The notes under the pieces were generated by a model that saw only the letters and a list, made by a program, of their open reading frames with translations, did no database searches and was not told the origin of the DNA. DNA of 64,000 nt from Patescibacteria group bacterium (GTDB taxonomy: Bacteria > Patescibacteriota > Patescibacteriia > Buchananbacterales > UBA6539): NCBI GenBank assembly GCA_041662625.1, contig JBAZSB010000001.1, positions 118,467 to 182,466 of the forward strand, read 5' to 3'. Shown here piece by piece: positions 19,136 to 27,507 of the stretch. The number at the start of each line of letters is the position of its first letter. Positions within the stretch are counted from its first letter, which is position 1. The position numbers and the translations under genes were made by a program.

Positions 19136-20383
19136 ATGCTAGACATTAATAAAATTCGTAACGAAAAAGAAGCAGTCAAAAAAGCGCTTTTGAAAAGAAT
19201 TAGCGAGGCTGATTTTGATTTGGATGCAATTATTAAAATTGATGATTCTAGGCGTCAATTATTGGCTGAGGTTGAAGCTTTGAAAGCTGAAAGGAATAAA
19301 TTTTCCAAGACTAAGCCCAGCCCCGATATTATCGCCAAAATGAAAGCAACTGGTGAAAAGATCAAAGAACTTGATGAACAAGTTAAGGCGACTGAAACCG
19401 AACTGACTGAACGGCTTTCTGCTTTGCCTAATATCCCGGCCGATGATGTTTTGCCTGGTGGTAAAGAAAATAACAAAGTGATCAAAACTTTTGGCAAAAA
19501 GCCCCAGTTTAAATTCGAACCCAAAGATCATTATGATTTGGCCACAAGTCTTGGAATTATTGATTATGAACGGGCGGTTAAAATGTCAGGCAATGGCTTT
19601 TGGATTTACAAGGGGGCCGGAGCAATTTTAGAATGGGCGATTTTAAGCTATTTTATTAAATTCCATCAGGAAAATAATTATACTTTTATGATCCCGCCGT
19701 TTTTGCTGACTGAGCAGTCTGCTTATACTTCTGGACATTTGCCCAAATTCCGTGATGATTTATTCTGGACCCAGGATAAGCAATGCTTGGATGCCACAGC
19801 CGAGATGATGCTAGGGAATTACCATCGCGATGAAATTTTAAACGAAGAGGAACTACCTTTGAAATACGCCGCTTACTCAGCCTGCTTTCGGCGCGAAGCC
19901 GGATCTTACCGCAAAGAAGAGCGGGGGATGATCCGCGGCCACCAGTTTAATAAAATTGAAATGTTCCATTATGCCAAGCCGGCCCAGTCTTGGGATTGTT
20001 TTGCCGAATTAGTGAGCAATGCCGAAAAATTAGTGGAGGGCTTGGGACTTCATTATCAATCAGTCCAGTTGGCAGCTGCTGATGCTTCCGCGGCGATGGC
20101 AAAAACCGTGGATGTTGAAGTCTGGCTGCCCAGTATGAATACTTATAAAGAGGTTAGTAGTGTGTCTAATGCTTTAGACTACCAGGCTAGGCGGGGTAAC
20201 GTTCGATTTAAAAACAAGGCAGGTGGTAAAAACGATTTTGTTCACACTTTGAATGCTTCGGGTTTAGCCACTAGCCGGCTTTTGCCGGCAATTCTGGAGC
20301 AGTTCCAGAATAAAGACGGCAGTGTTGAAGTGCCAAAGGTTTTACAGAAATTCTGTGGTTTTAAGAAAATTGAAAAGAAATAA
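19136..20383 (+). CDS. serS: Seryl-tRNA synthetase
   Basis: Coiled-coil N-arm + class II core; 415 aa. Confidence 0.9.
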   Translation: MLDINKIRNEKEAVKKALLKRISEADFDLDAIIKIDDSRRQLLAEVEALKAERNKFSKTKPSPDIIAKMKATGEKIKELDEQVKATETELTERLSALPNIPADDVLPGGKENNKVIKTFGKKPQFKFEPKDHYDLATSLGIIDYERAVKMSGNGFWIYKGAGAILEWAILSYFIKFHQENNYTFMIPPFLLTEQSAYTSGHLPKFRDDLFWTQDKQCLDATAEMMLGNYHRDEILNEEELPLKYAAYSACFRREAGSYRKEERGMIRGHQFNKIEMFHYAKPAQSWDCFAELVSNAEKLVEGLGLHYQSVQLAAADASAAMAKTVDVEVWLPSMNTYKEVSSVSNALDYQARRGNVRFKNKAGGKNDFVHTLNASGLATSRLLPAILEQFQNKDGSVEVPKVLQKFCGFKKIEKK

Positions 20384-20423
20384 GGCAAAGTAAAAACCAC
20401 CCGCGACTTTGACAATTGTCCTT
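20384..20423. repeat. Conserved 40-bp motif (copy 1): aaggcaaagtaaaaaccacccgcgactttgacaattgtcc; on the - strand it is the 3' flank of the small gene 20499-20705
   Basis: Second copy at 20852-20890 with compensatory change in stem caaagt/actttg vs caaagt/attttg. Confidence 0.55.
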
Positions 20424-20498
20424 TTGTTGCTTTGGACATTGCTTCCAGTCGTCTAGGTGGTTTTGGGGGGCGCGGTGCGGGCCGGGTCGGGATAGAGG

Positions 20499-20705
20499 TC
20501 AGAACCTCTCAATCCCGTCGGTCTGGACTCGGAAGAGTCCGTAACCGAAGGTCCCGATCGTGCCGGCGACCAACAGCAGCATGGCGCCGATGACGGGAAT
20601 CGTTCCCAGAGTGACCTCCGAGATCTTGTTCACCGTTTCGGTGCTGCCGGCGATGCCAGTAATGGTTGAAAGAACCAACGCTGCGAGAAACATGTACTTG
20701 ATCAT
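20499..20705 (-). CDS. Small hydrophobic membrane protein (68 aa) in a GC-rich islet
   Basis: SD aggagagag; TM core; TTGACA-17-TATCAT promoter upstream. Confidence 0.5.
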   Translation of the reverse strand: MIKYMFLAALVLSTITGIAGSTETVNKISEVTLGTIPVIGAMLLLVAGTIGTFGYGLFRVQTDGIERF

Positions 20706-20762
20706 GGTGACTCTCTCCTCTAGTTCTCTAGCATTTGCTAGATCCTCAGTTTGAATAATATA

Positions 20763-20791
20763 ATGATAACATATTTAAAGAAATTTGTCAA
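20763..20791 (-). promoter_or_regulatory. Sigma70-type promoter TTGACA-N17-TATCAT for the small gene at 20705
   Basis: -35 (rc of 20786-91) and -10 (rc of 20763-68); paralogous promoter at 21417-21445. Confidence 0.6.
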
Positions 20792-20851
20792 TAGTAAATT
20801 GATAAAAATAGCTAAATTTAGTCAAATTATAGTTTAAACAAATCGAAAATA

Positions 20852-20890
20852 AGGCAAAGTGAAAACCGCCTGCGATTTTGACAGTATCCC
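20852..20890. repeat. Conserved 40-bp motif (copy 2): aaggcaaagtgaaaaccgcctgcgattttgacagtatcc
   Basis: See 20384-20423. Confidence 0.55.
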
Positions 20891-20975
20891 GAAGGACTCT
20901 ATCAGAATCGAGGCGGTTCCTCGTGTGTTGGGTGGACTCGGACGCCGAGGCTTGGCGACTGGCGTCCTACGTCAG

Positions 20976-21122
20976 TTACTTCTGCTCAGCGTTTTGCCGA
21001 GCTTTTTCGTCGGCCGCTTCCATCAGACTGCCGACTCTGGTAAAGACTCCGCCTATCATGGCAATGATTGTCTCACCAGTCGTGGTTGCAGCCTTTGCCG
21101 GGTTACTACTCTGCTCACTCAT
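20976..21122 (-). CDS. Small protein (48 aa), second gene of a two-gene mini-operon
   Basis: SD ggaagga 6 nt upstream of ATG; 42 nt after the upstream small gene; GC-rich. Confidence 0.35.
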   Translation of the reverse strand: MSEQSSNPAKAATTTGETIIAMIGGVFTRVGSLMEAADEKARQNAEQK

Positions 21123-21164
21123 GGATTTCCTTCCGTTTTCAGGCTCGTGTGCCTGACTGCTTTG

Positions 21165-21350
21165 TCAGCTTCTGACTCGGCTGACCCTTACCACTACGAC
21201 ACATAGCAGCATCGCAGCGCCCCCGTATAGCAGCGCCGCAAAAACTGTCATTGATGTGGGCAGCGCCATACTGCCGGTTATGCCGCCGACAGCGATGCCG
21301 GCCAGCAACAGCACGATGGCGACTGCACCCAAAAAAAGGTTCAATTTCAT
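21165..21350 (-). CDS. Small hydrophobic membrane protein (61 aa), possible paralogue of the 20499-20705 product
   Basis: SD gagggacag; TM helices; TTGACA-17-TATCAT promoter. Confidence 0.5.
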   Translation of the reverse strand: MKLNLFLGAVAIVLLLAGIAVGGITGSMALPTSMTVFAALLYGGAAMLLCVVVVRVSRVRS

Positions 21351-21416
21351 CTGTCCCTCGCTTTCTTTTTCCTTCCGGTTTATATCACTCTTGTTACCAT
21401 TCCGAATTGATATATA

Positions 21417-21445
21417 ATGATACCATTTTTTAGATAAACTGTCAA
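21417..21445 (-). promoter_or_regulatory. Sigma70-type promoter TTGACA-N17-TATCAT (paralogue of 20763-20791)
   Basis: The roughly 70-bp upstream regions of both small genes are clearly homologous. Confidence 0.6.
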
Positions 21446-21488
21446 TGGAAATTTAGGAAAATAGCTAAAATAAGCAATAAATATTATC

Positions 21489-21565
21489 CAAATCTACGAA
21501 TTTATGCCAATCTACAAATTATAGGGATATTCGTAGATTCGGATAGATTTGTAGATTGGTATAAT
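21489..21565 (+). promoter_or_regulatory. Interleaved inverted repeats (aatctacgaat/attcgtagatt and aatctacaaat/atttgtagatt) plus TGGTATAAT box immediately upstream of alr; putative operator/promoter
   Basis: Two nested inverted-repeat pairs within 75 bp; extended -10 ends 3 nt before ATG. Confidence 0.4.
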
Positions 21566-21568
21566 GTT

Positions 21569-22738
21569 ATGTATAGTTCTTGGGTTGAAATTTCCAAATC
21601 CGCTATTTCGTATAATCTTGCCCAATATCAAAGAATTGTTGGCTCGAAAGTTGCCGTCATGCCGATTGTTAAAAGTAATGCCTATGGTCATGGCATGATC
21701 CAGATTGCTAAGTTAGTCAGCGCAAAAGTCAAATGGTTAGGTGTGGTGAATTTGGGCGAAGCCTTGGCGTTACGCCAAAATAAAATTAAAAATCGAATTT
21801 TTGTTTTAAGCTATTGCCAGTCAGAGTTGTTAGAGGAGGGGATTAGGCAAAATATTGATTTGCCAGTTTATGATTTAGCCATGGCTAAGCTGATTTCCAA
21901 GAAAACAAGAAATCAAAAAATCAACCCGTTCGACTACCGCTCAGGGTTGATGGTGAGCGAAGTCGAATCCATCAAGAAAACAAAAGTGCATATTAAAATT
22001 GATACTGGTGCTTCACGGGTTGGTGTTTTACCAAAAGATGCGGTAAATTTTATCAGGCAGGTATGTCAACTACCAAATTTGAAAGTAGAAGGAATTTACA
22101 GTCATTTCGCCGCTTCTGAAGAAAATCCAAAGTATACTAAGTGGCAATTAAATAATTTCAATCAAGTTTTAGCCAATTTAAAAAAAGAAGGAATTAATAT
22201 TCCTTATAAACATTTTGCCTGCAGTGCGGCCGCTTTAGTTGAGCCAAAGTCGTATTTCAATCTAATTCGCCTTGGCTTAGGTCTTTATGGTTTGTGGCCG
22301 TCCAATTTGGCTAAAAAGATAGCAATCAAGAAATATCCATGGTTAAAATTAAAACCAGCTTTAAGTTGGAAGACTAAAATTATTCAAGTTAAAGAAATTT
22401 CCAAAGACACTAAAATTGGTTACGGCTGCACTTTTATCGCCAAGAAAAAAATGAAAATTGCAGTTTTGCCGGTTGGTTATTGGGAAGGCTATGATCGGCA
22501 CTTAAGTAATCAAGGAGAAGTGATAATCAAAAATAAAAAATGCCCAGTTATTGGGCGAGTCTGTATGAATTTAACTATGGTTGATGTCAGTTTAGTTAAA
22601 GATGTTAAAATAGGTGATGAGGTAGTCTTGCTAGGCGGGGGAGTACCAGCTGAAGAATTGGCAGAAAAGATTAGGACAATCAATTATGAAGTAGTGACGC
22701 GGATTAATCCTATCTTAGAAAGACGATATTTAAAATAA
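21569..22738 (+). CDS. alr: Alanine racemase
   Basis: PLP-lysine motif VKSNAYGHG; 389 aa. Confidence 0.9.
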   Translation: MYSSWVEISKSAISYNLAQYQRIVGSKVAVMPIVKSNAYGHGMIQIAKLVSAKVKWLGVVNLGEALALRQNKIKNRIFVLSYCQSELLEEGIRQNIDLPVYDLAMAKLISKKTRNQKINPFDYRSGLMVSEVESIKKTKVHIKIDTGASRVGVLPKDAVNFIRQVCQLPNLKVEGIYSHFAASEENPKYTKWQLNNFNQVLANLKKEGINIPYKHFACSAAALVEPKSYFNLIRLGLGLYGLWPSNLAKKIAIKKYPWLKLKPALSWKTKIIQVKEISKDTKIGYGCTFIAKKKMKIAVLPVGYWEGYDRHLSNQGEVIIKNKKCPVIGRVCMNLTMVDVSLVKDVKIGDEVVLLGGGVPAEELAEKIRTINYEVVTRINPILERRYLK

Positions 22739-22740
22739 AA

Positions 22741-22800
22741 AAATTGGGCTCCCGGTCGGCACAGCAGTTTTTCCTGAACTCTTTGTGAGTTCGACTGTGT
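22741..22800 (-). terminator. Strong Rho-independent terminator for a minus-strand transcript (ggctcccggccgacacacag...ctgtgccgaccgggagcc + TTTTTT)
   Basis: About 19-bp GC stem followed on the - strand by aattttttt. Confidence 0.65.
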
Positions 22801-23435
22801 GTCGGCCGGGAGCCGTCCAATTAGGGCGATGCGCTCGCTCATCAGCGTCTTGCCAGCCTTGGGCTGACAACGCCGAAATACGGGCGTGCCCGAACACGGA
22901 GATGCGGCTTAGCCAGTCGCGGGCGATCCCGGGTTTAGGCCTGGGCGCCGTGCAATCAGCGGGGTTTAGTCCCCGCAGCACTATGTTGGCAAATGCCGCT
23001 CTCCTATCTTAGGAACACTACCTCGTAGTGGGCAAGGACCCGTAGGTCCTCGCGCAGTGTCCCTTGTCCGCGCGCCACCTCGCGCTAAACCCGCTCAGTT
23101 TGCCCGAAGGCCGACGCCGCTGAGATTGATTGCGCGACTGAACGGGTACTACCGATTGGTCAACCAGCCAAGGTCCCCAGCCTTGCGGTCGACCAGAAGA
23201 TCAATGACTTAACCAAGAAAGCCATATTCTCCCTTCCTGTTTGTCGGTTGCGACGCTACGGAGCGTCTGGTTAAAACCCAAAGTAGAAAGTCTTGGTTAC
23301 GAACTTTCTACCCGTGGAATCGGGCTCCATACACCGGCCCAAACGGTGCGGTAGCCCCCATACAACGGGAATTGACGCAACAACATCGTTCGCCCTCCAT
23401 GAGCGCCATAACTTCTGACGCTTGTTGAGGATGTG
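22741..23435 (-). ncRNA. About 700-nt GC-rich (about 58%) hairpin-dense RNA candidate of unknown class, bounded by a promoter and an intrinsic terminator
   Basis: No credible ORF (only terminator-spanning or overlapping ORFs); many hairpins with UUCG/UACG tetraloops (gcc-uucg-ggc, aggacc-uacg-ggucc); promoter at 23438-23466. Confidence 0.4.
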
Positions 23436-23437
23436 GA

Positions 23438-23466
23438 TACGTTAACATATATCTAAAAATTTGTCA
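23438..23466 (-). promoter_or_regulatory. Minus-strand promoter TTGACA-N17-TAACGT driving the GC-rich RNA locus
   Basis: TTGACA = rc of 23461-66; 17-nt spacer. Confidence 0.45.
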
Positions 23467-23483
23467 ATGATAATTGAATAAAT

Positions 23484-24641
23484 ATGTCTAAGATTAGCAA
23501 AAAAAATAAGATTAAGGTCGGTGTAATTTTTGGTGGTCGCTCAGGCGAGCACGAAGTTTCTATTGTTTCCGCTCAGTCCGTAATGAAAGCTTTGGATCGG
23601 AACAAATATGAGGTTATTCCGATTGGCGTGACTAAGGAAGGCAAATGGATTGCCGGGCCCCAGGCAGTGCAATTTCTAAAAGAAGGGTTGAAAAAATTGC
23701 CGTTCAAATCAGTTTTAACGCCTGACCCAACCGAAAAACATCTGGTCAAAGTCAAGGAAAAAGGTTTGGTGCCGCTCAAGTCTCAAGGGTCGTCAATCAC
23801 TAACCTTGACGTAGTGTTTCCGTTAATCCACGGGACTTATGGCGAAGACGGCAAGCTGCAAGGACTTTTGGAACTGGCCAACATTGCTTATATTGGGGCC
23901 GGCGTTTTAGGTTCAGCTTTAGGCATGGATAAAATTGTCCAGAAACAATTGTTTGCTGAGGTGGGGTTGGCCATAACTAAATATACTTGGTTTTTAAGTC
24001 AGGATTGGCCTAGGAAAAGAAAAAATATTTTAAGCCAGCTGGAAAAAGAACTGAAATACCCGATGTTTACCAAGCCGGCCAATACCGGTTCCAGTGTTGG
24101 TGTGGGTAAATGCCATAATCAGAAAGAATTAATTTTGGGCATTGGTGATGCTAGCCAATATGATCGCAAGGTGATTGTTGAGCAGGGGATTAATAACATT
24201 TCTGAGATTGAAGTGGCGGTTTTAGGTAATGATAATCCCAAAGCTTCAGTGCCCGGCGAAATTATTGCTAGTAATGAATTTTATGATTATGATGCCAAAT
24301 ATGTTGATGGCAAATCACAGGCAATAATTCCGGCTAAACTGCCCCAAGCAGTGGTTAAGAAAATTCAAAGAATGGCAGTTGAGGCTTTTAAAGTTTTAGA
24401 TTTATCCGGTATGGCCCGGGTTGATTTTTTGGTCACCAAAGGCCGCTATCAAATTTATCTGAATGAAGTCAACACTATTCCCGGCTTTACTTCAATTTCC
24501 ATGTATCCAAAGCTCTGGCAGGCTTCCGGTCTTTCGTATTCTGATTTGCTGGGTGAATTGATTAAATTGGCAATTGAGCGTTTTAAAGAAAAAAATAAGC
24601 TGAAAACTTCTTATCAGCCGAAGCAGGATTGGTATAAATAA
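23484..24641 (+). CDS. ddl: D-alanine--D-alanine ligase
   Basis: KVGVIFGGRSGEHEVS N-terminus, ATP-grasp; 385 aa. Confidence 0.9.
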   Translation: MSKISKKNKIKVGVIFGGRSGEHEVSIVSAQSVMKALDRNKYEVIPIGVTKEGKWIAGPQAVQFLKEGLKKLPFKSVLTPDPTEKHLVKVKEKGLVPLKSQGSSITNLDVVFPLIHGTYGEDGKLQGLLELANIAYIGAGVLGSALGMDKIVQKQLFAEVGLAITKYTWFLSQDWPRKRKNILSQLEKELKYPMFTKPANTGSSVGVGKCHNQKELILGIGDASQYDRKVIVEQGINNISEIEVAVLGNDNPKASVPGEIIASNEFYDYDAKYVDGKSQAIIPAKLPQAVVKKIQRMAVEAFKVLDLSGMARVDFLVTKGRYQIYLNEVNTIPGFTSISMYPKLWQASGLSYSDLLGELIKLAIERFKEKNKLKTSYQPKQDWYK

Positions 24642-24645
24642 TTTT

Positions 24646-25509
24646 GTGAAACGCAAACGAGATTACCAAAGAAAAAATTTTAGGAACCCTTTTTTTAATA
24701 AGAAGGGGAAAACACATAAACGCCGGCCTTGGCTGGTTTTAATTTTATTTTTAGTTATTTTTTTTATCAGCTCATACTTTCTAAATAATATTAGCCAATT
24801 ACAGATTAAAACGGTCCAAATTAAAGGTAATGAGCATATTAGTCAGCAGGAAATTGAAGGCTTGGTCTTTAAACAGGCCCATGAGAGGCGTCTTTTCTTT
24901 TTCAGCCAGAATAACCTGATTTTTTTTAGCAAACGCGAATTGAAGAAAAAATTGAACGAAAATTACTTTTTGGAGCAGCTGAAAATCCATAAAAAATATC
25001 CTGGTACTTTAATTATTGAAATTAAAGAGGAAATTTCATCTTTAATTTGGTCGAGTGGCGGTATCCAGTATTACTTGGATTTAAAAGGAGTGGCCTTAAG
25101 AAAAGCCACGACTGATGACTTGATTATTGAGCCTGGAGCCGGGGAGATGAAACTTATTAGACCGCAAGTCAGTTCTGGTCAATATCCATTGATTTATGAT
25201 CAAAGTAATACTCCTGTTACTATTGGTCAGCCAATTATTACCGAAATTTTAGTTAATTTTATTATTAATTTAACTGAGCAAGTTAAACAGAGAGCTGAGT
25301 TTATTTTGGCTCACTACCAAATTCCTGACCCCAGTTCAACGGAAATTACTTTAGTTACTAATGAAGGTTTGAAAATATATTTTAGATTAACTGATCCATT
25401 AGATCAACAACTGGAAACCTTATTTTCGGTTTTAAACACAGAAGTTAAAGATTGGCATAGATTAGAATATATTGATTTACGTTTTGGCGGAAAAGTTTTT
25501 TGGAAATAA
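24646..25509 (+). CDS. ftsQ: Cell-division protein FtsQ/DivIB-like (TM + POTRA)
   Basis: Basic N-terminus, one TM, POTRA-like region; classic ddl-ftsQ synteny. Confidence 0.55.
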   Translation: MKRKRDYQRKNFRNPFFNKKGKTHKRRPWLVLILFLVIFFISSYFLNNISQLQIKTVQIKGNEHISQQEIEGLVFKQAHERRLFFFSQNNLIFFSKRELKKKLNENYFLEQLKIHKKYPGTLIIEIKEEISSLIWSSGGIQYYLDLKGVALRKATTDDLIIEPGAGEMKLIRPQVSSGQYPLIYDQSNTPVTIGQPIITEILVNFIINLTEQVKQRAEFILAHYQIPDPSSTEITLVTNEGLKIYFRLTDPLDQQLETLFSVLNTEVKDWHRLEYIDLRFGGKVFWK

Positions 25510-25651
25510 TATAAATGCCTCCTCATTCCCACTAATTTTATTCCTAGTATCTATGCGTCGTAAAATATTTTAGAGTGGGGAAGTCATCTTTAGCGGGGAA
25601 GAGGCAATTAGTTTAACCAATTAAGATCAATTTGGACATCTAAGTACCCTT

Positions 25652-25726
25652 AAAGCCCTGAAAGTGCATTTTGTCATCCTGAACTTGATTTAGGATCTCA
25701 TCAGAATCGCACCTTCAGGGCTTTTA
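25652..25726 (+). terminator. Long hairpin (gccctgaaagtgc...gcaccttcagggc) + TTTT after ftsQ
   Basis: 12-bp stem with one mismatch, T-run. Confidence 0.45.
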
Positions 25727-25800
25727 GTAATTTTTGAATATAAATAGCTAAATATAAATAGCTATAGGTGGTTTATATGAGTTGCTAAATCTGCGCTATG

Positions 25801-25945
25801 TTAAGTGACTCATTGAGATACTCAAATGGTCTTATAATGAGTCGCTTAACCAGATTTTACGACACCGTGTCGGTGTCATAAAATCTGGTCACCTTAAGCG
25901 ACTCATAAGGACAACAAAATGGTCATACTATGAGTCGCTTAAGGT
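25801..25945. repeat. About 145-bp nested palindromic element: three consecutive hairpins (gactcat..atgagtc; 17-bp central ccagattttacgacaccg|cggtgtcataaaatctgg; gactcat..atgagtc) linked by gcttaa/ttaagc palindromes
   Basis: Direct reading of the sequence; capable of alternative cruciform or three-way pairing. Confidence 0.7.
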
Positions 25946-26057
25946 ATATTGTGCGACCCTAAACTATCCAACAAATAAGGCAAAATGACTCTCCCCTAGG
26001 AATAAGATGTAATAGATTGAGTTTATTTCCGTCTTAATTATATGGCGCCAAGATGAT

Positions 26058-26086
26058 TCTTTACTGGAAAAAGAATTTGACGGAAG
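26058..26086 (+). promoter_or_regulatory. Promoter TTGACG-N17-TAAGAT
   Basis: Hexamers with 17-nt spacer; drives the GC-rich 26.1-26.48 kb transcript. Confidence 0.5.
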
Positions 26087-26264
26087 AATCTTTTTGCCCT
26101 AAGATATGAAGTCGCCCTTTGAAACCACACCCATTGCCCTCCCCTAGCTGTTGGTGTTAGCCGCCGCTAGCTAAAGGAGGGCAATTGCGAGAATGTGACT
26201 TGCACGGCCAGTGTCGTCAGCTGGTTGTTAGCCTCTCCGATTCTAATCAATAAGCCCCAATCAT

Positions 26265-26438
26265 ATGATCAGGGCACTTTCGGGGGCGCTAACACTAGCT
26301 TTGGGCATTATCGTGCTAAAGCTTCTGTTACCTGAGATTGCTGTGGGTTTGATTGACCTTATCGTCAAAATCATCCACATCATCAATGTTGCAGTCGATC
26401 AGACTTCAGCTAATCTCAATATCCCCATCTCGCACTAA
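26265..26438 (+). CDS. Candidate small hydrophobic peptide (57 aa), no obvious SD
   Basis: ATG ORF MIRALSGALTLALGIIVLKLLLPEIAVGLIDL...; promoter upstream, terminator downstream. Confidence 0.3.
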   Translation: MIRALSGALTLALGIIVLKLLLPEIAVGLIDLIVKIIHIINVAVDQTSANLNIPISH

Positions 26439-26440
26439 TC

Positions 26441-26480
26441 AAAAAGGCTCAAGGATTTCTCCCTGAGCCTTTTGTCTTTA
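26441..26480 (+). terminator. Rho-independent terminator (ggctcaagg...cctgagcc + TTTTGTCTTT), also placed to terminate the convergent sdpI-like gene
   Basis: Stem + T-run. Confidence 0.55.
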
Positions 26481-26494
26481 TTGTTTTGTTTTCG

Positions 26495-27163
26495 CTAGAT
26501 ATTTTGATTTCTATTTTTTCGGTAAAGCAGATACGAATAAACCATTGGCACCAAAGAGACAATAGCGATGCCAGCGACAAAAAGCCACCAAAATATGGCT
26601 GGCGGTAGAATTGCCCCAAAAATCATAAATAAACCCATGATCATAAATAATTTACCGCCCAAGCGATGAGTTTTATTCCAAACTTCCTCGCTAGACAAAG
26701 TCCAGGGCGTGCGGATACCCATAAACCAGTTCGATTTAATTTTTCCCATGTAATTGCCTAAAACAACAAATAAAATGCCAATTGCTGGCGGGATGACCAT
26801 GGTTACCGGTAACTCATAGCCTAAACCGGCTAAGCCCACATAAAAATAGATTGCTGTCATTACTGCAACCATCAGGCCTTTAAAAACGTGATAGACTTTA
26901 GCAAACTCAGCATAGCGGTCTTTTTTTGGGTCAAGATAAGGAAAAACCAAAAACAGCAGATACATTCCTAAGTTTAAGCCGGGAAAGAAAAAAGCGGCAA
27001 AAGTTTTGCCTGACCAGCCGTCGATTTCCCCTTTGTAGTTCCAATGGGTTGGGACTTTATCAGGAAAATTGGCATAGAAATAGAAGCTGGCCAAAACACT
27101 TAAAATAATTAAAACAATTGGGATAATTTCGGTTTTAAAGGTTGGTTTGATTGGGTTAGCCAT
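26495..27163 (-). CDS. SdpI/YhfL-family membrane protein (DUF1648 + SdpI immunity/signalling domain)
   Basis: KSNWFMGIRTPWTLSSEEVWNKTH signature, 6 TM; paired with an ArsR repressor. Confidence 0.7.
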   Translation of the reverse strand: MANPIKPTFKTEIIPIVLIILSVLASFYFYANFPDKVPTHWNYKGEIDGWSGKTFAAFFFPGLNLGMYLLFLVFPYLDPKKDRYAEFAKVYHVFKGLMVAVMTAIYFYVGLAGLGYELPVTMVIPPAIGILFVVLGNYMGKIKSNWFMGIRTPWTLSSEEVWNKTHRLGGKLFMIMGLFMIFGAILPPAIFWWLFVAGIAIVSLVPMVYSYLLYRKNRNQNI

Positions 27164-27168
27164 ATTTT

Positions 27169-27438
27169 TTATTTAGATTTATTAAAAAAATTATAAATTT
27201 CTTCAGCAATTTCTTCAAAAACGCTCAAATTTAAAGAATAAATAATCTGTTGTCCCCTTCTTTGGGTGGAAACTAAATCGGCCCCTTTTAAGATAGTTAA
27301 ATGGTGGGAAAGCGATGGTAAGGTAATATCAAAATTTATGGCGATTTCATTAACCGGCAGATCCTTTTTTTTAAGCAATTGGAGAATTTTGCGGCGGGTC
27401 GGATCAGATAAGGCAAAAAATGTATTATTTAAAGTCAT
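27169..27438 (-). CDS. ArsR/SmtB-family HTH repressor (SdpR-like)
   Basis: LSDPTRRKILQLL...VNEIA...SLSHHL wHTH; 89 aa; 5 nt upstream of the sdpI-like gene. Confidence 0.8.
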   Translation of the reverse strand: MTLNNTFFALSDPTRRKILQLLKKKDLPVNEIAINFDITLPSLSHHLTILKGADLVSTQRRGQQIIYSLNLSVFEEIAEEIYNFFNKSK

Positions 27439-27482
27439 ATTCCCCTACTTTGTGATCCCTTGTAGCAATTGGGATAAGTTTA

Positions 27483-27507
27483 GATATTTAGACAACTATC
27501 TAAATAT
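27483..27507. promoter_or_regulatory. 12-1-12 inverted repeat ATATTTAGACAA|CTATCTAAATAT, putative ArsR/SdpR operator about 45 bp upstream of the repressor gene
   Basis: 10/12 symmetric positions. Confidence 0.5.

Noticed and set aside
20560-21206. Plus-strand ORFs 20560-20754, 20859-21206, 20878-21156
   Set aside because: Antisense to minus-strand small genes that have SDs, promoters and TM-like products; the plus ORFs lack SDs and are typical GC-rich shadow ORFs.
22730-23012. ORFs 22730-22981 (-) and 22785-23012 (+) as protein genes
   Set aside because: They overlap each other on opposite strands. The minus ORF uses GTG with its SD 18 nt away and reads straight through the terminator stem and T-run. 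The region looks like RNA.
26183-26198. Start-stop mini-ORF (ATG TGA) after a strong SD as a regulatory element
   Set aside because: Intriguing but a single occurrence; could be chance. Mentioned only under the SdpRI-neighbour finding.
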